The notes under the pieces were generated by a model. The model was not told the origin of the DNA. It searched no databases and saw only the letters and a program-made list of their open reading frames with translations. A stretch of 44,070 nucleotides of DNA, from the NCBI GenBank assembly GCA_036522695.1, contig DATDFI010000451.1, positions 1 through 44,070 on the forward strand. Direction: 5' to 3'. The first letter of the stretch is position 1. Every line of letters starts with the position of its first letter. Shown here one piece after another: positions 34,714-44,036 of this stretch. The position numbers and the translations under genes are program-made. The stretch is from Bacteroidia bacterium. GTDB taxonomy: Bacteria > Bacteroidota > Bacteroidia > JADZBD01.

Positions 34714-35307
34714 TTATTTGACCACCCCGGTCTTTATCCCCTCCTTCTTAAAAAAATTCCGGAGCAGCTCGTATTTCCCCTCACAAAAATCACCGGCCAG
34801 TATTTTTGCATCGCTTGTTTTGTACGCGCTGCATTCGAAACAAACTTCGATAAAAGCAAAGGCCCTTCCTTCCTTATCTATGAACACGATAGCATTGCGG
34901 GGTTGGTAGCAGCCGCTTTCTTCCACCGTTCTATATACGCTGTTCTTCCATGAATAATTGTAGAGGATGTCACTGAGACTGTCCACGCCCGCTTCGCTTA
35001 ATTGTTTTTTTTCGTGAAGCTTGTTCTCATAAAGTGTATCGCGAAAAACAGGGGTATAATTCTCGGTAATGATATTGGAGCCATACTTCTTTTTCCCGTC
35101 AGCATCTTCATCGAAAGAGACCAATAAAATCTCTGACGCCACGTTAAACGGATAATTTTTTAACCGTTCCTGTGGCGTCAACTTCCCATTGTTATAGCAT
35201 TTGTTATCCGGGGGATCGTGGCCTGGTGGCGGGGGCTTTTGCCGGGACTGCGCTAAAGAGAATAAAGGCAGGAATAATAATAATACGTATGAGGGTTTAT
35301 ACCGCAT
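34714..35307 (-). CDS. Secreted hypothetical protein with C-terminal Cys cluster
   Basis: The start was moved to the ATG at 35307 (MRYKPSYVLLLFLPLFSLAQ signal). It contains a Pro-rich linker. Cysteines lie in CYQPRN, EVCFECSAYK and DFCEGK. Confidence 0.55.
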   Translation of the reverse strand: MRYKPSYVLLLFLPLFSLAQSRQKPPPPGHDPPDNKCYNNGKLTPQERLKNYPFNVASEILLVSFDEDADGKKKYGSNIITENYTPVFRDTLYENKLHEKKQLSEAGVDSLSDILYNYSWKNSVYRTVEESGCYQPRNAIVFIDKEGRAFAFIEVCFECSAYKTSDAKILAGDFCEGKYELLRNFFKKEGIKTGVVK

Positions 35308-35309
35308 GG

Positions 35310-36032
35310 TCACTTGTACCTATGCGCCAGCTTCATCCAATTCCGTTCCAGTTTTTTAATGGCTTTCTCAAAAACAGTCCTCTTCTCGCTCAGCTTCACC
35401 TCGCGGAAGGGTTTTTTCTTTTGAATGATGAAAAATTGAAAATCGTTTTCCATCCAGATGCTGTAGGTCTCGAAAAAAGCAAGTTCGAGGTGGTTATTCT
35501 CGAGGTGCTGCGCGATGGCATGGAGAGGAACGGGCTGATCGATCACCTGGAGCGTTTCGGGGCGATGAATACGATCGTGCTCGATCATGCTCGGGTTGGG
35601 AATGTTGACGAGGATCCGTGTTTTTTCATTCGCGATCCCCGACAGGTTCTTAAAAAGTTCACCGTGCTTCTCCAGCGGAATATGTTCTATCACATCGAAC
35701 AAAGTAATGATGTCGAAATTTTTTCCTGAAGGAGAATAATTCACCACATCAGCCGCAGTAAATTTCATATTATCACGCTTCAGCCTTTTTTCCGCGAAAG
35801 CAACGGAAGCGGGACTGATATCCACGCACTCCACATTTCCATTTTTAACCGTAGTGGAAAGCAAATAGCTCATCACGCCAATTCCGCAGCCCAACTCCAG
35901 CACATTCGAATCGGCATTGAGCCCGAGCTTCAACATGCGCTTGTATAAGCCGTAAATGCGTTCGTTAATGCCGGTGTTCTGCTGCTGATCAACGTACTTA
36001 TCGTAAAACTCGGCTACTTTATTTTCACTCAT
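35310..36032 (-). CDS. Class I SAM-dependent methyltransferase
   Basis: Motif I VLELGCGIGV and post-I/II motifs (VDISP, ITLFDVIEHI). Confidence 0.8.
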   Translation of the reverse strand: MSENKVAEFYDKYVDQQQNTGINERIYGLYKRMLKLGLNADSNVLELGCGIGVMSYLLSTTVKNGNVECVDISPASVAFAEKRLKRDNMKFTAADVVNYSPSGKNFDIITLFDVIEHIPLEKHGELFKNLSGIANEKTRILVNIPNPSMIEHDRIHRPETLQVIDQPVPLHAIAQHLENNHLELAFFETYSIWMENDFQFFIIQKKKPFREVKLSEKRTVFEKAIKKLERNWMKLAHRYK

Positions 36033-36036
36033 TTTT

Positions 36037-36044
36037 CAAAGGTA
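36037..36044 (-). promoter_or_regulatory. -7 box TACCTTTG (minus strand) immediately upstream of the methyltransferase ATG
   Basis: The forward strand reads CAAAGGTA at 36037-36044, only 4 nt from the ATG at 36032. This implies a leaderless or near-leaderless mRNA if the box is functional. Confidence 0.35.
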
Positions 36045-36080
36045 AAATATGTGGCAACAGCGATCATTCAAATTGTCTTC

Positions 36081-36110
36081 AAAAAAACGAGACGCAAATT
36101 TTTGCGTCTC
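36081..36110 (-). terminator. Rho-independent terminator after the PorZ-like gene
   Basis: Stem gagacgc (36089-36095) / gcgtctc (36104-36110). On the minus strand it is followed by T7 (the forward A run at 36081-36087). Confidence 0.6.
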
Positions 36111-36173
36111 TACTGGTTTTCATTCGATAATACCTGATCCTTTATTTTGCATCCGGGGCGCAAGTGACCTTTG

Positions 36174-38510
36174 TCAATTCACAATACAGATCTTTGTCAC
36201 AAAGGTTTTGCTTCCGTCATCGTTGGAGCAGAACACCAGGTACACACCGCTGTGGGCGCGGTCGCCATTGAAATTTTTTCCGTCCCATATCGCCTGCCCG
36301 CCCAGGGCTTTTGTCTGGTAGATAAGCGTACCATTAATATCCGTGATCTTTACATCACAATCCTTCACCAAGCCCTTGATCGCGATGGGGCCGCTGTAAC
36401 CCGGTTTCACAGGGTTGGGATAAGCATAAACATTTTCAAAATCATCTTTACCCTCCGTAGCCGTGCTTCGGTACGAGATCATCCCTTTTGCTGTACCAAA
36501 ATAAACTTCGCCCGTTTCACCGTTTATTTTAATGCCGGTTATTGAGTTGGACAGGAGCGGGCTGTTGCTTTCGTCAAAATGATATATCTGCTGCGTACCA
36601 TCAGCCGACATGAGGAATACGCCTGCATTCTGCGTTCCTATCCATTTCCGGTTGGCTCCGTCAACAGCAATAGCGGTCACCTCCTCGGTCTCCAAAAGAA
36701 TTTGTGTATGACCATCCTGCTCGATCAAAATTTGCTGCGCATCCGAAGGGTTGGATGAAAAGATATTATCAGGCGAATAAAAAACGGCAATGCCCTTATC
36801 CGTTCCCACCCATATCTCCTGGCTCTGATCTTCGGCAATGCAATAAACATCGGTTCCCGGCAAACCACCCTGGCCTACGATAAAACCCAGCTTGCGGTAA
36901 TTATCATCATTAGTGGCCCAGGTGCCGTTCTCGTTAAAGACCAGGATCCCTTCACCGCGCGGCAGCACCACCCACTTGGTATTGTCCTTGGCTACGATGA
37001 TGGTGCCGAGGGTAATTCCGCTGATGGAGGTCCCGAAATTGAACGCCTGCCAGGTGCCATCCGTTTTTTTCACCGAAACGGGATTAGTGGCCTTTGAATT
37101 GGTGACCCATAAATTTCCATTGGAGTCAAATGCTTCACCGAAGACCCCCACCCAGCCGGATGAGGGATTATCACTGCGCACCTGCAAGGTGCTGTTGGTA
37201 TTGTCATATTTTCCAACATAACCACTGCTGTTGAACTCGAGCAACCCGAGGCCGAGCGAACCTGCATAAACATGATCGGGATCGTTAGGATCTATTGTGA
37301 CAGAGACCACATCGCGCAAGGGAAGAAGCGCGGGTGTGTTGGTCCCATTGTAAACGCCCCAATGGTCGTTCGCGAAATAAAAAACGCCATCGTAATTGTA
37401 CTGGCCATCCCACAAGCCATTGCGCTCACCGGGCGCCACCCAAATATGTCCCTGCTGAATATCGAGCGCATACACTTTTGATTTTTCAGGTCCGTCCGGC
37501 ACAAGGCGTTGGTTACACCAGCCCTGGCAGGAATATTTTATCATTCCCCAATTGTGATCGGCCGTCCATACCTCATCCTGCGCGTTGATAACGGCTGCAC
37601 GAGGATCGATGGCAAAACCGGTTTGGAAGGGACCCGCCTGGGAAACGATGGCATAACCTGCATCAAAAACTTTGTAAACCCCGCTGTAGCAAACCGCCAG
37701 CCTGCCGTTGTTCTCTGTGAGTTTCCAAACCTGGAAGCCGGTGGTGTCGGGAGGGAAATAATTCCAGGCGCTGCCGTTAAAATAATACATCGTATCCTTG
37801 TTCACCTGTATGGGTGTTTCCAAAAAGCGCGCGAGGTTGGCGTAAACATTGCCATTTGCTGTACAAATGGTATTGAAAATAGCGCGGGGCAAAGAAGTGA
37901 TGCGCGACCAGGAAGAAAAATCGGCAAGGTTAGGCGAGTTGAGTGATGCGGAGTAAACGCCCGAATCGCTCGCAGCGTAAATGATGTTATTGCTGATGGT
38001 AATGTCATTGATATTGATGCGCCCTCCATTGTACCCGATAAAGTAAGTGTCCTTTACTTCTCTTCTTTCCGTATCGAAATAAATGATGCCGAAGCCGCAG
38101 GCCAGGTAGGCATATTGCCCGTTAAAATAAATTGCGTTAATGGATTTGTTACCTGTAATGGAAGAACGTTTTACATCGGCAATGTTGTAGAAAACATTTT
38201 TATCGAGCACATCTATATTGCCGTTCTTATAACCCACCACCAGGATATTGTTATAAGGATTAAGACCGATGGTGCTCACGCCCACATCAGCCAAACCATT
38301 TTGCTTGGAAATGCGGTGAACGGCATTATCTGTTTTGGAATAATCGAAGATGGAGTTTTCGGTGCCTACATAAACCTTTGTAGGTCCTTCGGCCACGGCA
38401 ATGCCCTGTTTATAAGAAAGCTCATCGCGCCACTGGCCCAGGGCCACCTGTGCGTAGGAACAGGTGATGAAGAGATTCAAAATTGCGAGAAGAAAGAGGG
38501 CTTTTTTCAT
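36174..38510 (-). CDS. porZ: PorZ-like T9SS component (two beta-propellers plus C-terminal sorting domain)
   Basis: 778 aa with a signal peptide. The N-terminal WRDELSYKQG...VYVGTENSIF...GLADVGVSTIG...VVGYKNGNIDVL pattern matches my recollection of PorZ homologues. The C-terminus YAYPNPVKPGYSGPIAIKGLV...VKITDINGTLIY...SGVYLVF also fits, as do the size and architecture of PorZ. Confidence 0.6.
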   Translation of the reverse strand: MKKALFLLAILNLFITCSYAQVALGQWRDELSYKQGIAVAEGPTKVYVGTENSIFDYSKTDNAVHRISKQNGLADVGVSTIGLNPYNNILVVGYKNGNIDVLDKNVFYNIADVKRSSITGNKSINAIYFNGQYAYLACGFGIIYFDTERREVKDTYFIGYNGGRININDITISNNIIYAASDSGVYSASLNSPNLADFSSWSRITSLPRAIFNTICTANGNVYANLARFLETPIQVNKDTMYYFNGSAWNYFPPDTTGFQVWKLTENNGRLAVCYSGVYKVFDAGYAIVSQAGPFQTGFAIDPRAAVINAQDEVWTADHNWGMIKYSCQGWCNQRLVPDGPEKSKVYALDIQQGHIWVAPGERNGLWDGQYNYDGVFYFANDHWGVYNGTNTPALLPLRDVVSVTIDPNDPDHVYAGSLGLGLLEFNSSGYVGKYDNTNSTLQVRSDNPSSGWVGVFGEAFDSNGNLWVTNSKATNPVSVKKTDGTWQAFNFGTSISGITLGTIIVAKDNTKWVVLPRGEGILVFNENGTWATNDDNYRKLGFIVGQGGLPGTDVYCIAEDQSQEIWVGTDKGIAVFYSPDNIFSSNPSDAQQILIEQDGHTQILLETEEVTAIAVDGANRKWIGTQNAGVFLMSADGTQQIYHFDESNSPLLSNSITGIKINGETGEVYFGTAKGMISYRSTATEGKDDFENVYAYPNPVKPGYSGPIAIKGLVKDCDVKITDINGTLIYQTKALGGQAIWDGKNFNGDRAHSGVYLVFCSNDDGSKTFVTKICIVN

Positions 38511-38625
38511 CCTTCGGTAAAAGGATTACAATATTAACATTATTTGAGCTTATGAACAACGTATTGGGCTATCCATTATTGCGCTATGACGAAAAAATAT
38601 GACCTTTGCACGCGCTATTCATTTT

Positions 38626-38698
38626 GCACCCGTAGTTCAATGGATAGAATGACAGATTCCGGTTCTGTTGGTTGGGGGTTCGAGTCCCTCCGGGTGCA
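38626..38698 (+). tRNA. tRNA-Arg (anticodon CCG)
   Basis: A 73-nt cloverleaf was checked by hand. Acceptor GCACCCG/CGGGTGC, D stem GTTC/GAAT, anticodon stem ACAGA/TCTGT with loop TTCCGGT, T arm GGGGG-TTCGAGT-CCCTC, discriminator A. No CCA is encoded. Confidence 0.9.
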
Positions 38699-38700
38699 CA

Positions 38701-38726
38701 AATGCCCGAAAGGGCATTTATTTTTT
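38701..38726 (+). terminator. Terminator after tRNA-Arg
   Basis: atgccc-gaaa-gggcat followed by TTATTTTTT. Confidence 0.65.
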
Positions 38727-38734
38727 GCGGGAGC

Positions 38735-38769
38735 AAAAAAAGGAAGCGATTCATTGCTTCCTTTTTTTT
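38735..38769. terminator. Bidirectional terminator hairpin
   Basis: A7-ggaagc-N7-gcttcc-T8. It can serve the minus-strand Kelch-like gene and back up the tRNA terminator. Confidence 0.6.
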
Positions 38770-38785
38770 AAAAAGATCTTTCAAC

Positions 38786-39952
38786 TTATTTCACAAGCAC
38801 AACCTTGCGATCAACGGAATAATTTTCCCCGCTGATACGAACAAAATAAGTCCCGGCCGATAATCCCGAAAGATCAGCAGACAAGTGGTGCTCGCCCGAT
38901 GAACGTTCTGCATTCGCGCCAAGGGTTTGCACTTTATTTCCGTTCATATCATAAACCGAAATTTCAAAAACGGCATCCTTGCTCAAGCTGAAACTCACAT
39001 TCAATTCACCTTGGGTGGGATTGGGGAAAAGAGTTAAAGAAGAATTCAGCAAAGGGTCACCAACGCTGACCGTTGCGGGAGTGAATTGCCAGAAATCATT
39101 GAGGTTGTTAACGCCTGCGCCAGCGTACCCATAATTGCCAATGGCAAAACTGATGGAGTTGTAGCGGCCCACGCCCGAAAAGCTGGCCACAGCGGTCCAG
39201 GAATTATTGGAGGGATCGAAGGAATAAAAATCCTGTGGCGTGCTGCCACTCCATCCTATTCCAACATAAGCCGTTCCGTTTATCACAAAAGTTACTGCGC
39301 GATCACGCGCCACCCCCGGGTAATTTGCCTTTTGTGTCCACGAGTTTGCAACCGGGTCGAACTGCCAGCAATCATTATAAAAACTTCCTCCAAAACCCGT
39401 TGCCACATAACCGTAATTGCCGATGCCGAATCCCACGGCATGGTAACGGCCCGATGCAGGGAGATTCGCTTTTTGCGTCCATGTATCTCCAACCGGATCG
39501 TATTCCCAAAGATCATTAAGGTAATTCCCACCAAAGCCCATATACCCTTTTCCATTCACCGCGAAACCCAGCGCGCCTTCGCGCCCGCTTCCGCCAAAAT
39601 TGGCTTTCTGCGTCCAGGTATTCCCGGCCGGATCGAATTCCCAAAAATCATTATAAGTAGAGCCGGTGCCCACGTAACCTTTTGAACCGATAACGAATGA
39701 TGCAGGACTGGTACGGCCCGCACCGGGAAAGTTCGCCTTTTGTGTCCAGGTATCGTTGGAGGGATCGTACTCCCAGGTATCAGTAAGCAGTGAACTGCCT
39801 ATGCCCAGTGTAACATATCCCTTTGTGCCGATGCTGAAGCCCGTGGCCTCGGCCCGGCCCGAGGGAGGAATGTTTGCTTTTTGTGTCCAGGAGCCCTGCG
39901 CAAATGCGCCAGCGGAAAAAATAAGCAGTGAAGAAAAAAGTAAAGACCTCAT
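38786..39952 (-). CDS. T9SS-secreted six-bladed Kelch-like beta-propeller protein
   Basis: Signal peptide present. There are six ~46-aa blades, five beginning WTQKAN and the sixth WTAVAS, with GR...F.IG.KGY.G.G...D.W.(Y/F)DP. The C-terminal type A T9SS sorting domain is LFPNPTQGELNV...GTYFVRI. Confidence 0.8.
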   Translation of the reverse strand: MRSLLFSSLLIFSAGAFAQGSWTQKANIPPSGRAEATGFSIGTKGYVTLGIGSSLLTDTWEYDPSNDTWTQKANFPGAGRTSPASFVIGSKGYVGTGSTYNDFWEFDPAGNTWTQKANFGGSGREGALGFAVNGKGYMGFGGNYLNDLWEYDPVGDTWTQKANLPASGRYHAVGFGIGNYGYVATGFGGSFYNDCWQFDPVANSWTQKANYPGVARDRAVTFVINGTAYVGIGWSGSTPQDFYSFDPSNNSWTAVASFSGVGRYNSISFAIGNYGYAGAGVNNLNDFWQFTPATVSVGDPLLNSSLTLFPNPTQGELNVSFSLSKDAVFEISVYDMNGNKVQTLGANAERSSGEHHLSADLSGLSAGTYFVRISGENYSVDRKVVLVK

Positions 39953-39989
39953 CGTGTATTTTGTTTTTATGGTTATGTAAAGGTATTAT

Positions 39990-41360
39990 TCACCGCGAGT
40001 TTTTGCCAATGAGATATCTCATAATATAGAACAGCGGCAATCCCGAAATAAAAAGCCCAAGACCCACCTTGGATGCGAGTGGATTTGAAAGCAGCACGGC
40101 CGTGTTCACGCAGATGTAAACCAGTATGTATATAATAGGAATGAAAGGGTACCCTTTCATTTTGAATATTTCCGGCCCTACCGGATCTTTTTTCGCGCGA
40201 TGGCGAAGGATAAAAATGGCGGCTGCGGCTGTAGCAAGGCTGATGCTATCGAAGAACATCACGTAATCGAGGATCTTTTTGGGCTCGGCAATAAAAAAGA
40301 TGGTGAGTAAAATGAAAATGCAGAAAAGGGAGAGCGCATATTCCTGCACCTGCGTGCGCGGGTTCACGCGTTTGAGAACAGGAGGAAGTGCGCCATCTTC
40401 GGCCATGGCATAATAGATGCGCGGGTTGGAAAGTACTGAAACATTCACGTAGGCCATCACCGAAAGGAACATCACCACCGCAATAAAATAATACGCAGCA
40501 TTCCCGAAAAGCAAACCGGCTACATCGGCAGCGGGGGTGGCCGAGCTTTGCAGTTTTGAAAAACCGAGAACGTGAACGTAGGAATAGTTGACCGAGAGAT
40601 AAAGCAGGAGTACCAATCCCATTCCCATGAAAATGGCGCGTGGCAATGTGCGTGAGGGCCGGGCTACATCGCTTCCGAAATTCATGGTTTGCTGGTAGCC
40701 CCCATAAGTAAAGAACACCGAAGAGAAACAGAGAAAAAATGCCTTGAGCATGCTTTGCGTGTCGAATGCGGGCGGGGCGGCAGCCACTGAAGTTCCATGT
40801 GGAATAAAAATAGCCGAGATCAATAGAACCAGCAACGAGATCTTGATGAGCATGAGCACATTTAAAAATTTTGCACTCACCTTAATTCCGAGGAAATTGA
40901 TGCCATACAGAATAATGATAGCCACAGTGGTGATGGTGCGCACTGCAGTATCGTGTTCCCAGCCAGGCATGATCAAAGGATAAATATATTCAGCCCCGAA
41001 AATCGCCACCACGGCCGTTGATGCTGCATTACTGATAACGGTGATCCAGTTCACCATGAATGCGAAAGCGGGATGATAGCAATGCGAGAAGATCTTGTAG
41101 AACCCACCGGCAGCCGGGTAACGCGAACCGATCTCCGCGAAAGTGAGCGCGCCTAAAAAACTCACCACCCCGCCTGTGATCCAGGCCAAAAAATAAATAA
41201 AAGGAACCTGGGCGCTCACGGCAACCTCGTGTGGTGTGCTGAAGATGCCCATGCCGATCACCAATCCCACCACGATCATGGTGAGATCAAAACTGCCGAG
41301 CCGTGGTTTTATTTCAGCATTCACGGAGGACTCCTTTTGCTCGTCAACTATTTCATACAT
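39990..41360 (-). CDS. APC-family amino acid permease
   Basis: 456 aa with about 12 TMs. The N-terminal GSFDLTMIVVGLVIGMGIF motif is typical of APC transporters. Confidence 0.85.
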   Translation of the reverse strand: MYEIVDEQKESSVNAEIKPRLGSFDLTMIVVGLVIGMGIFSTPHEVAVSAQVPFIYFLAWITGGVVSFLGALTFAEIGSRYPAAGGFYKIFSHCYHPAFAFMVNWITVISNAASTAVVAIFGAEYIYPLIMPGWEHDTAVRTITTVAIIILYGINFLGIKVSAKFLNVLMLIKISLLVLLISAIFIPHGTSVAAAPPAFDTQSMLKAFFLCFSSVFFTYGGYQQTMNFGSDVARPSRTLPRAIFMGMGLVLLLYLSVNYSYVHVLGFSKLQSSATPAADVAGLLFGNAAYYFIAVVMFLSVMAYVNVSVLSNPRIYYAMAEDGALPPVLKRVNPRTQVQEYALSLFCIFILLTIFFIAEPKKILDYVMFFDSISLATAAAAIFILRHRAKKDPVGPEIFKMKGYPFIPIIYILVYICVNTAVLLSNPLASKVGLGLFISGLPLFYIMRYLIGKNSR

Positions 41361-41366
41361 AGTGTA

Positions 41367-42527
41367 TTATATTTTCGACAGGGCTTGTTCCAGGTCCTTT
41401 TGAAGCACCCCCGCATCCTCAAGCCCGATGTACAAACGCACGAGGTTCCAGGGCATGGGTTTGTTCTCAAAACTATTAGAGCCTCCAATGGCACACATGG
41501 GGAACGCGAGGGATTCGTACCCACCCCAGGATGTAGCCAGCAAAAAATATTTTAACGCATCGCAAAAGCGCTCCACTTTCTCAACGCTGTCAACATTCAA
41601 CTCCATGGATAATAATCCCCCGCCCTGTTTCATCTGCTTTTTTGCCAGCGCCAGTTGTGGGTTTTTTTCAGAGAAGGGATAATAAAGCTTTTTCACCTTG
41701 GGATGGTCTTCGAGAAAATGGGCGAGCGTTTGGGCGCTTTCTGAGCTCCTGTTAACACGCAGCTCAAGCGTGCGAAGTCCGCGTAACATAAGCCAGGCAT
41801 CGTGCGGGGAGATGATGCCCCCGAGTGTCATGAATTCTTCGGACATCATTTTTTTGATGCGCACACTGCTGCCACATACCACGCCTGCCACCACATCGCT
41901 GTGCCCGTTCAGGTATTTTGTGGCCGAGTGCAATACCAGGTCCACGCCCATTGCAACAGGGCTTTGATTGATCGGTGAATTGTAACTATTGTCAATTATG
42001 GTGGTGATGTTTTTCGCCTTCGCCACACGCGTAACCGCTTCGATATCCTGCAGCTCGAAGGTGAGTGAGTTGGGGCTTTCCATGTAAATGAGTTTTGTAT
42101 TTCCCTGGATGGCGTTTTCAAAATTCCGCGCATCACTTCCATCCACGAAAGTGACATCCACGCCAAAGCGGGATAAGTATTTAGAAAAGAGATTCAGGGT
42201 CCAGCTATAAGGCTTTTGCACGCATACAGCATGATCGCCCTGCTTCACTATGCTCATTACCGCTGCGGCCACGGCTGCACTACCTGAAGCAAACACGAGC
42301 GCATCCTCGGCACCTTCCAGCGCTGCCAGCTTTTCACGTAAAATGGAAACTGTAGGATTATGTCCGCGTGTGTAAAATGGGATCTCAAGTTCGCGCTTTA
42401 GCTTTTCGCGCATCTCGCCCACGTTACGAAAACAGAAATTGCTGCTTTGAAAGATGGGTGGCGAAACGGCCCCGTAATATTCTTCCCGGGATTCGCCATG
42501 GTGAAAAAGTACATCGGTAAGATCCAT
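41367..42527 (-). CDS. Cys/Met-metabolism PLP-dependent enzyme (cystathionine gamma-synthase / beta-lyase / methionine gamma-lyase family)
   Basis: 386 aa. The PLP-lysine motif is HSATKYLNGHSDVVAGV, and the DNSYNSP and ESLGGYESL-like (SWGGYESLA) motifs are present. Confidence 0.88.
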   Translation of the reverse strand: MDLTDVLFHHGESREEYYGAVSPPIFQSSNFCFRNVGEMREKLKRELEIPFYTRGHNPTVSILREKLAALEGAEDALVFASGSAAVAAAVMSIVKQGDHAVCVQKPYSWTLNLFSKYLSRFGVDVTFVDGSDARNFENAIQGNTKLIYMESPNSLTFELQDIEAVTRVAKAKNITTIIDNSYNSPINQSPVAMGVDLVLHSATKYLNGHSDVVAGVVCGSSVRIKKMMSEEFMTLGGIISPHDAWLMLRGLRTLELRVNRSSESAQTLAHFLEDHPKVKKLYYPFSEKNPQLALAKKQMKQGGGLLSMELNVDSVEKVERFCDALKYFLLATSWGGYESLAFPMCAIGGSNSFENKPMPWNLVRLYIGLEDAGVLQKDLEQALSKI

Positions 42528-42636
42528 GCCGTGCAGATGTTTTCACTAAAGTAATAATTCTGCACTGGGCCAGGCAGCGGACGAAGGCTTTGAATTTTAC
42601 AGGGCGATGGAGCAGGAATACTTTATCCTTACGGCC

Positions 42637-43002
42637 CTATTTTTTAAAGATGAAGTAAACGGCCAGTATGAGAAAAGCAAAGCCGATAAGGTGATTCAGG
42701 GTGAGGGTTTCCTTGAAATACAGGATGGCAAAAATGCTGAATACGATCAGCGTGATCGCTTCCTGGATCACCTTGAGCTGAACCAAAGAAAAGGGACCAC
42801 CGAATTCCTGGGAGCCGAGCCGATTGCCCGGCACCTGTAAACAATACTCGAAAAACGCGATACCCCAGCTTATCAATATGATCATGAAAAGGTTGAGATT
42901 CCTGCTCCAATCCATTTGCGGGAATTTCAGGTGACCATACCAGGCGAAGGTCATAAAGCCGTTCGAAAGAGTTAGGAGGAGAATGGTGTAAAGCCCACGC
43001 AT
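42637..43002 (-). CDS. DMT-superfamily small membrane protein (DUF486-like)
   Basis: 121 aa with 4 TMs. The N-terminus LLTLSNGFMTFAWYGHLKF is characteristic of this family as I remember it. Confidence 0.65.
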   Translation of the reverse strand: MRGLYTILLLTLSNGFMTFAWYGHLKFPQMDWSRNLNLFMIILISWGIAFFEYCLQVPGNRLGSQEFGGPFSLVQLKVIQEAITLIVFSIFAILYFKETLTLNHLIGFAFLILAVYFIFKK

Positions 43003-43097
43003 AGCATTTCAGTTTAATGCAAAGTAGCGCGTAAAGCCTCAAATGCGGAATGGCATTCCGTTTGAATTTTCAGCAGGTGGCTGTGAAAAAGGGCGGG

Positions 43098-43982
43098 TTA
43101 AAAACTGATAATGTAGATCTGGCTGGAGTAGGTTTCTCCCGTACCTGATGCGCCCATGTTGGAGGATAGACCGGAGAAAAAAGCAGGTATAAGCCGCACT
43201 TTGCCTGACTTGTATTTCTCACTAAGCATAGAAACGTAGTAGGAATCAAACCTCATGGGTAATACTTGTTTTACATGCATGCCATGCTTTCCAAAGAGCA
43301 TTCGGATATCCTTTGGCGTAAAGTGATACAAGTGCCTGGGAACATCGTAAGCAGCCCAATTTGCCCCGTATTTGGCTGCGTCCCTGGAGCTGCAGTTGGG
43401 CACAGCAACAATCAAATATCCAGCGGGCTTGAGAAGGCGCTTTAGCTCCCCCACGCGCTCATTAAGGTGGGGAACATGTTCAAGAACATGCCACATGGAG
43501 ATAACGTCATAGGATGCTTCTTTGAGTGATTTAAGAGCCTCCTCATCGCGCACATCCAGCTTGTATTGTTCCTTGGCAAATTTCGAAGCCTCCGGGCTGG
43601 GCTCAATTCCAATCGTATTCCATCCAGCCCGTGAACATACGTTCAAAAACTCTCCAGTGCCACAACCAATATCCAGGATAGATCCCCGGCCCTTTTGAAG
43701 CTTTTCGATCAAATCCAGCTTGCCCTTAAGGGTATAATTCCGTACATACTGATATAATTTGCTTATAAGCCCCTTTCGGGTGTTTGAATGAGAAATATAG
43801 TCTTCGGACTTATAATATGCGCCCAGATCGGATTCTAATGGCCTTGGGTTGGTGAATTTGAATCCACATCCGGCACATTCAACTATAGCGAATTCTTTTT
43901 TGCTTACGGTATGGTCCTTACAAACCAGGAAAGGCTTGAAAGATGTGCTGGAACAAATAGGGCAGGCGCTTAATGTTTCCAT
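43098..43982 (-). CDS. Class I SAM-dependent methyltransferase with N-terminal zinc ribbon
   Basis: The start was moved to the ATG at 43982 (METLSACPICSS...CAGCGF, four Cys), because the longer ORF would run through the tRNA terminator. Motif I is ILDIGCGTGEF. Confidence 0.8.
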   Translation of the reverse strand: METLSACPICSSTSFKPFLVCKDHTVSKKEFAIVECAGCGFKFTNPRPLESDLGAYYKSEDYISHSNTRKGLISKLYQYVRNYTLKGKLDLIEKLQKGRGSILDIGCGTGEFLNVCSRAGWNTIGIEPSPEASKFAKEQYKLDVRDEEALKSLKEASYDVISMWHVLEHVPHLNERVGELKRLLKPAGYLIVAVPNCSSRDAAKYGANWAAYDVPRHLYHFTPKDIRMLFGKHGMHVKQVLPMRFDSYYVSMLSEKYKSGKVRLIPAFFSGLSSNMGASGTGETYSSQIYIISF

Positions 43983-44003
43983 AGCTTTGTTCCACGTGGA
44001 ACG

Positions 44004-44036
44004 AAAAACAAAGGGGCCGGCTATTACCTGGCCCCT
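44004..44036 (-). terminator. Terminator downstream of the minus-strand tRNA
   Basis: Stem aggggcc (44012-44018) / ggcccct (44030-44036). On the minus strand it is followed by TTGTTTTT. Confidence 0.55.

Noticed and set aside
39086-39685. A 199-aa plus-strand ORF opposite the Kelch-like gene.
   Set aside because: It is an antisense shadow with no motifs, while the minus-strand product has a signal peptide, repeats and a T9SS CTD.
38786-39952. Regularly spaced conserved ~18-nt words (tggacNcaRaaRgcNaaY), considered as a possible repeat array.
   Set aside because: They are in frame in a continuous ORF and encode the WTQKAN start of each Kelch-like blade. The spacing of about 135-140 nt and the absence of identical repeats rule out a CRISPR array.
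42528-42636. A possible SAM or other riboswitch upstream of the Cys/Met PLP enzyme.
   Set aside because: The spacer is only 109 nt and shares just a CTGGCCC word with SAM-I. No four-way junction or conserved core could be drawn.
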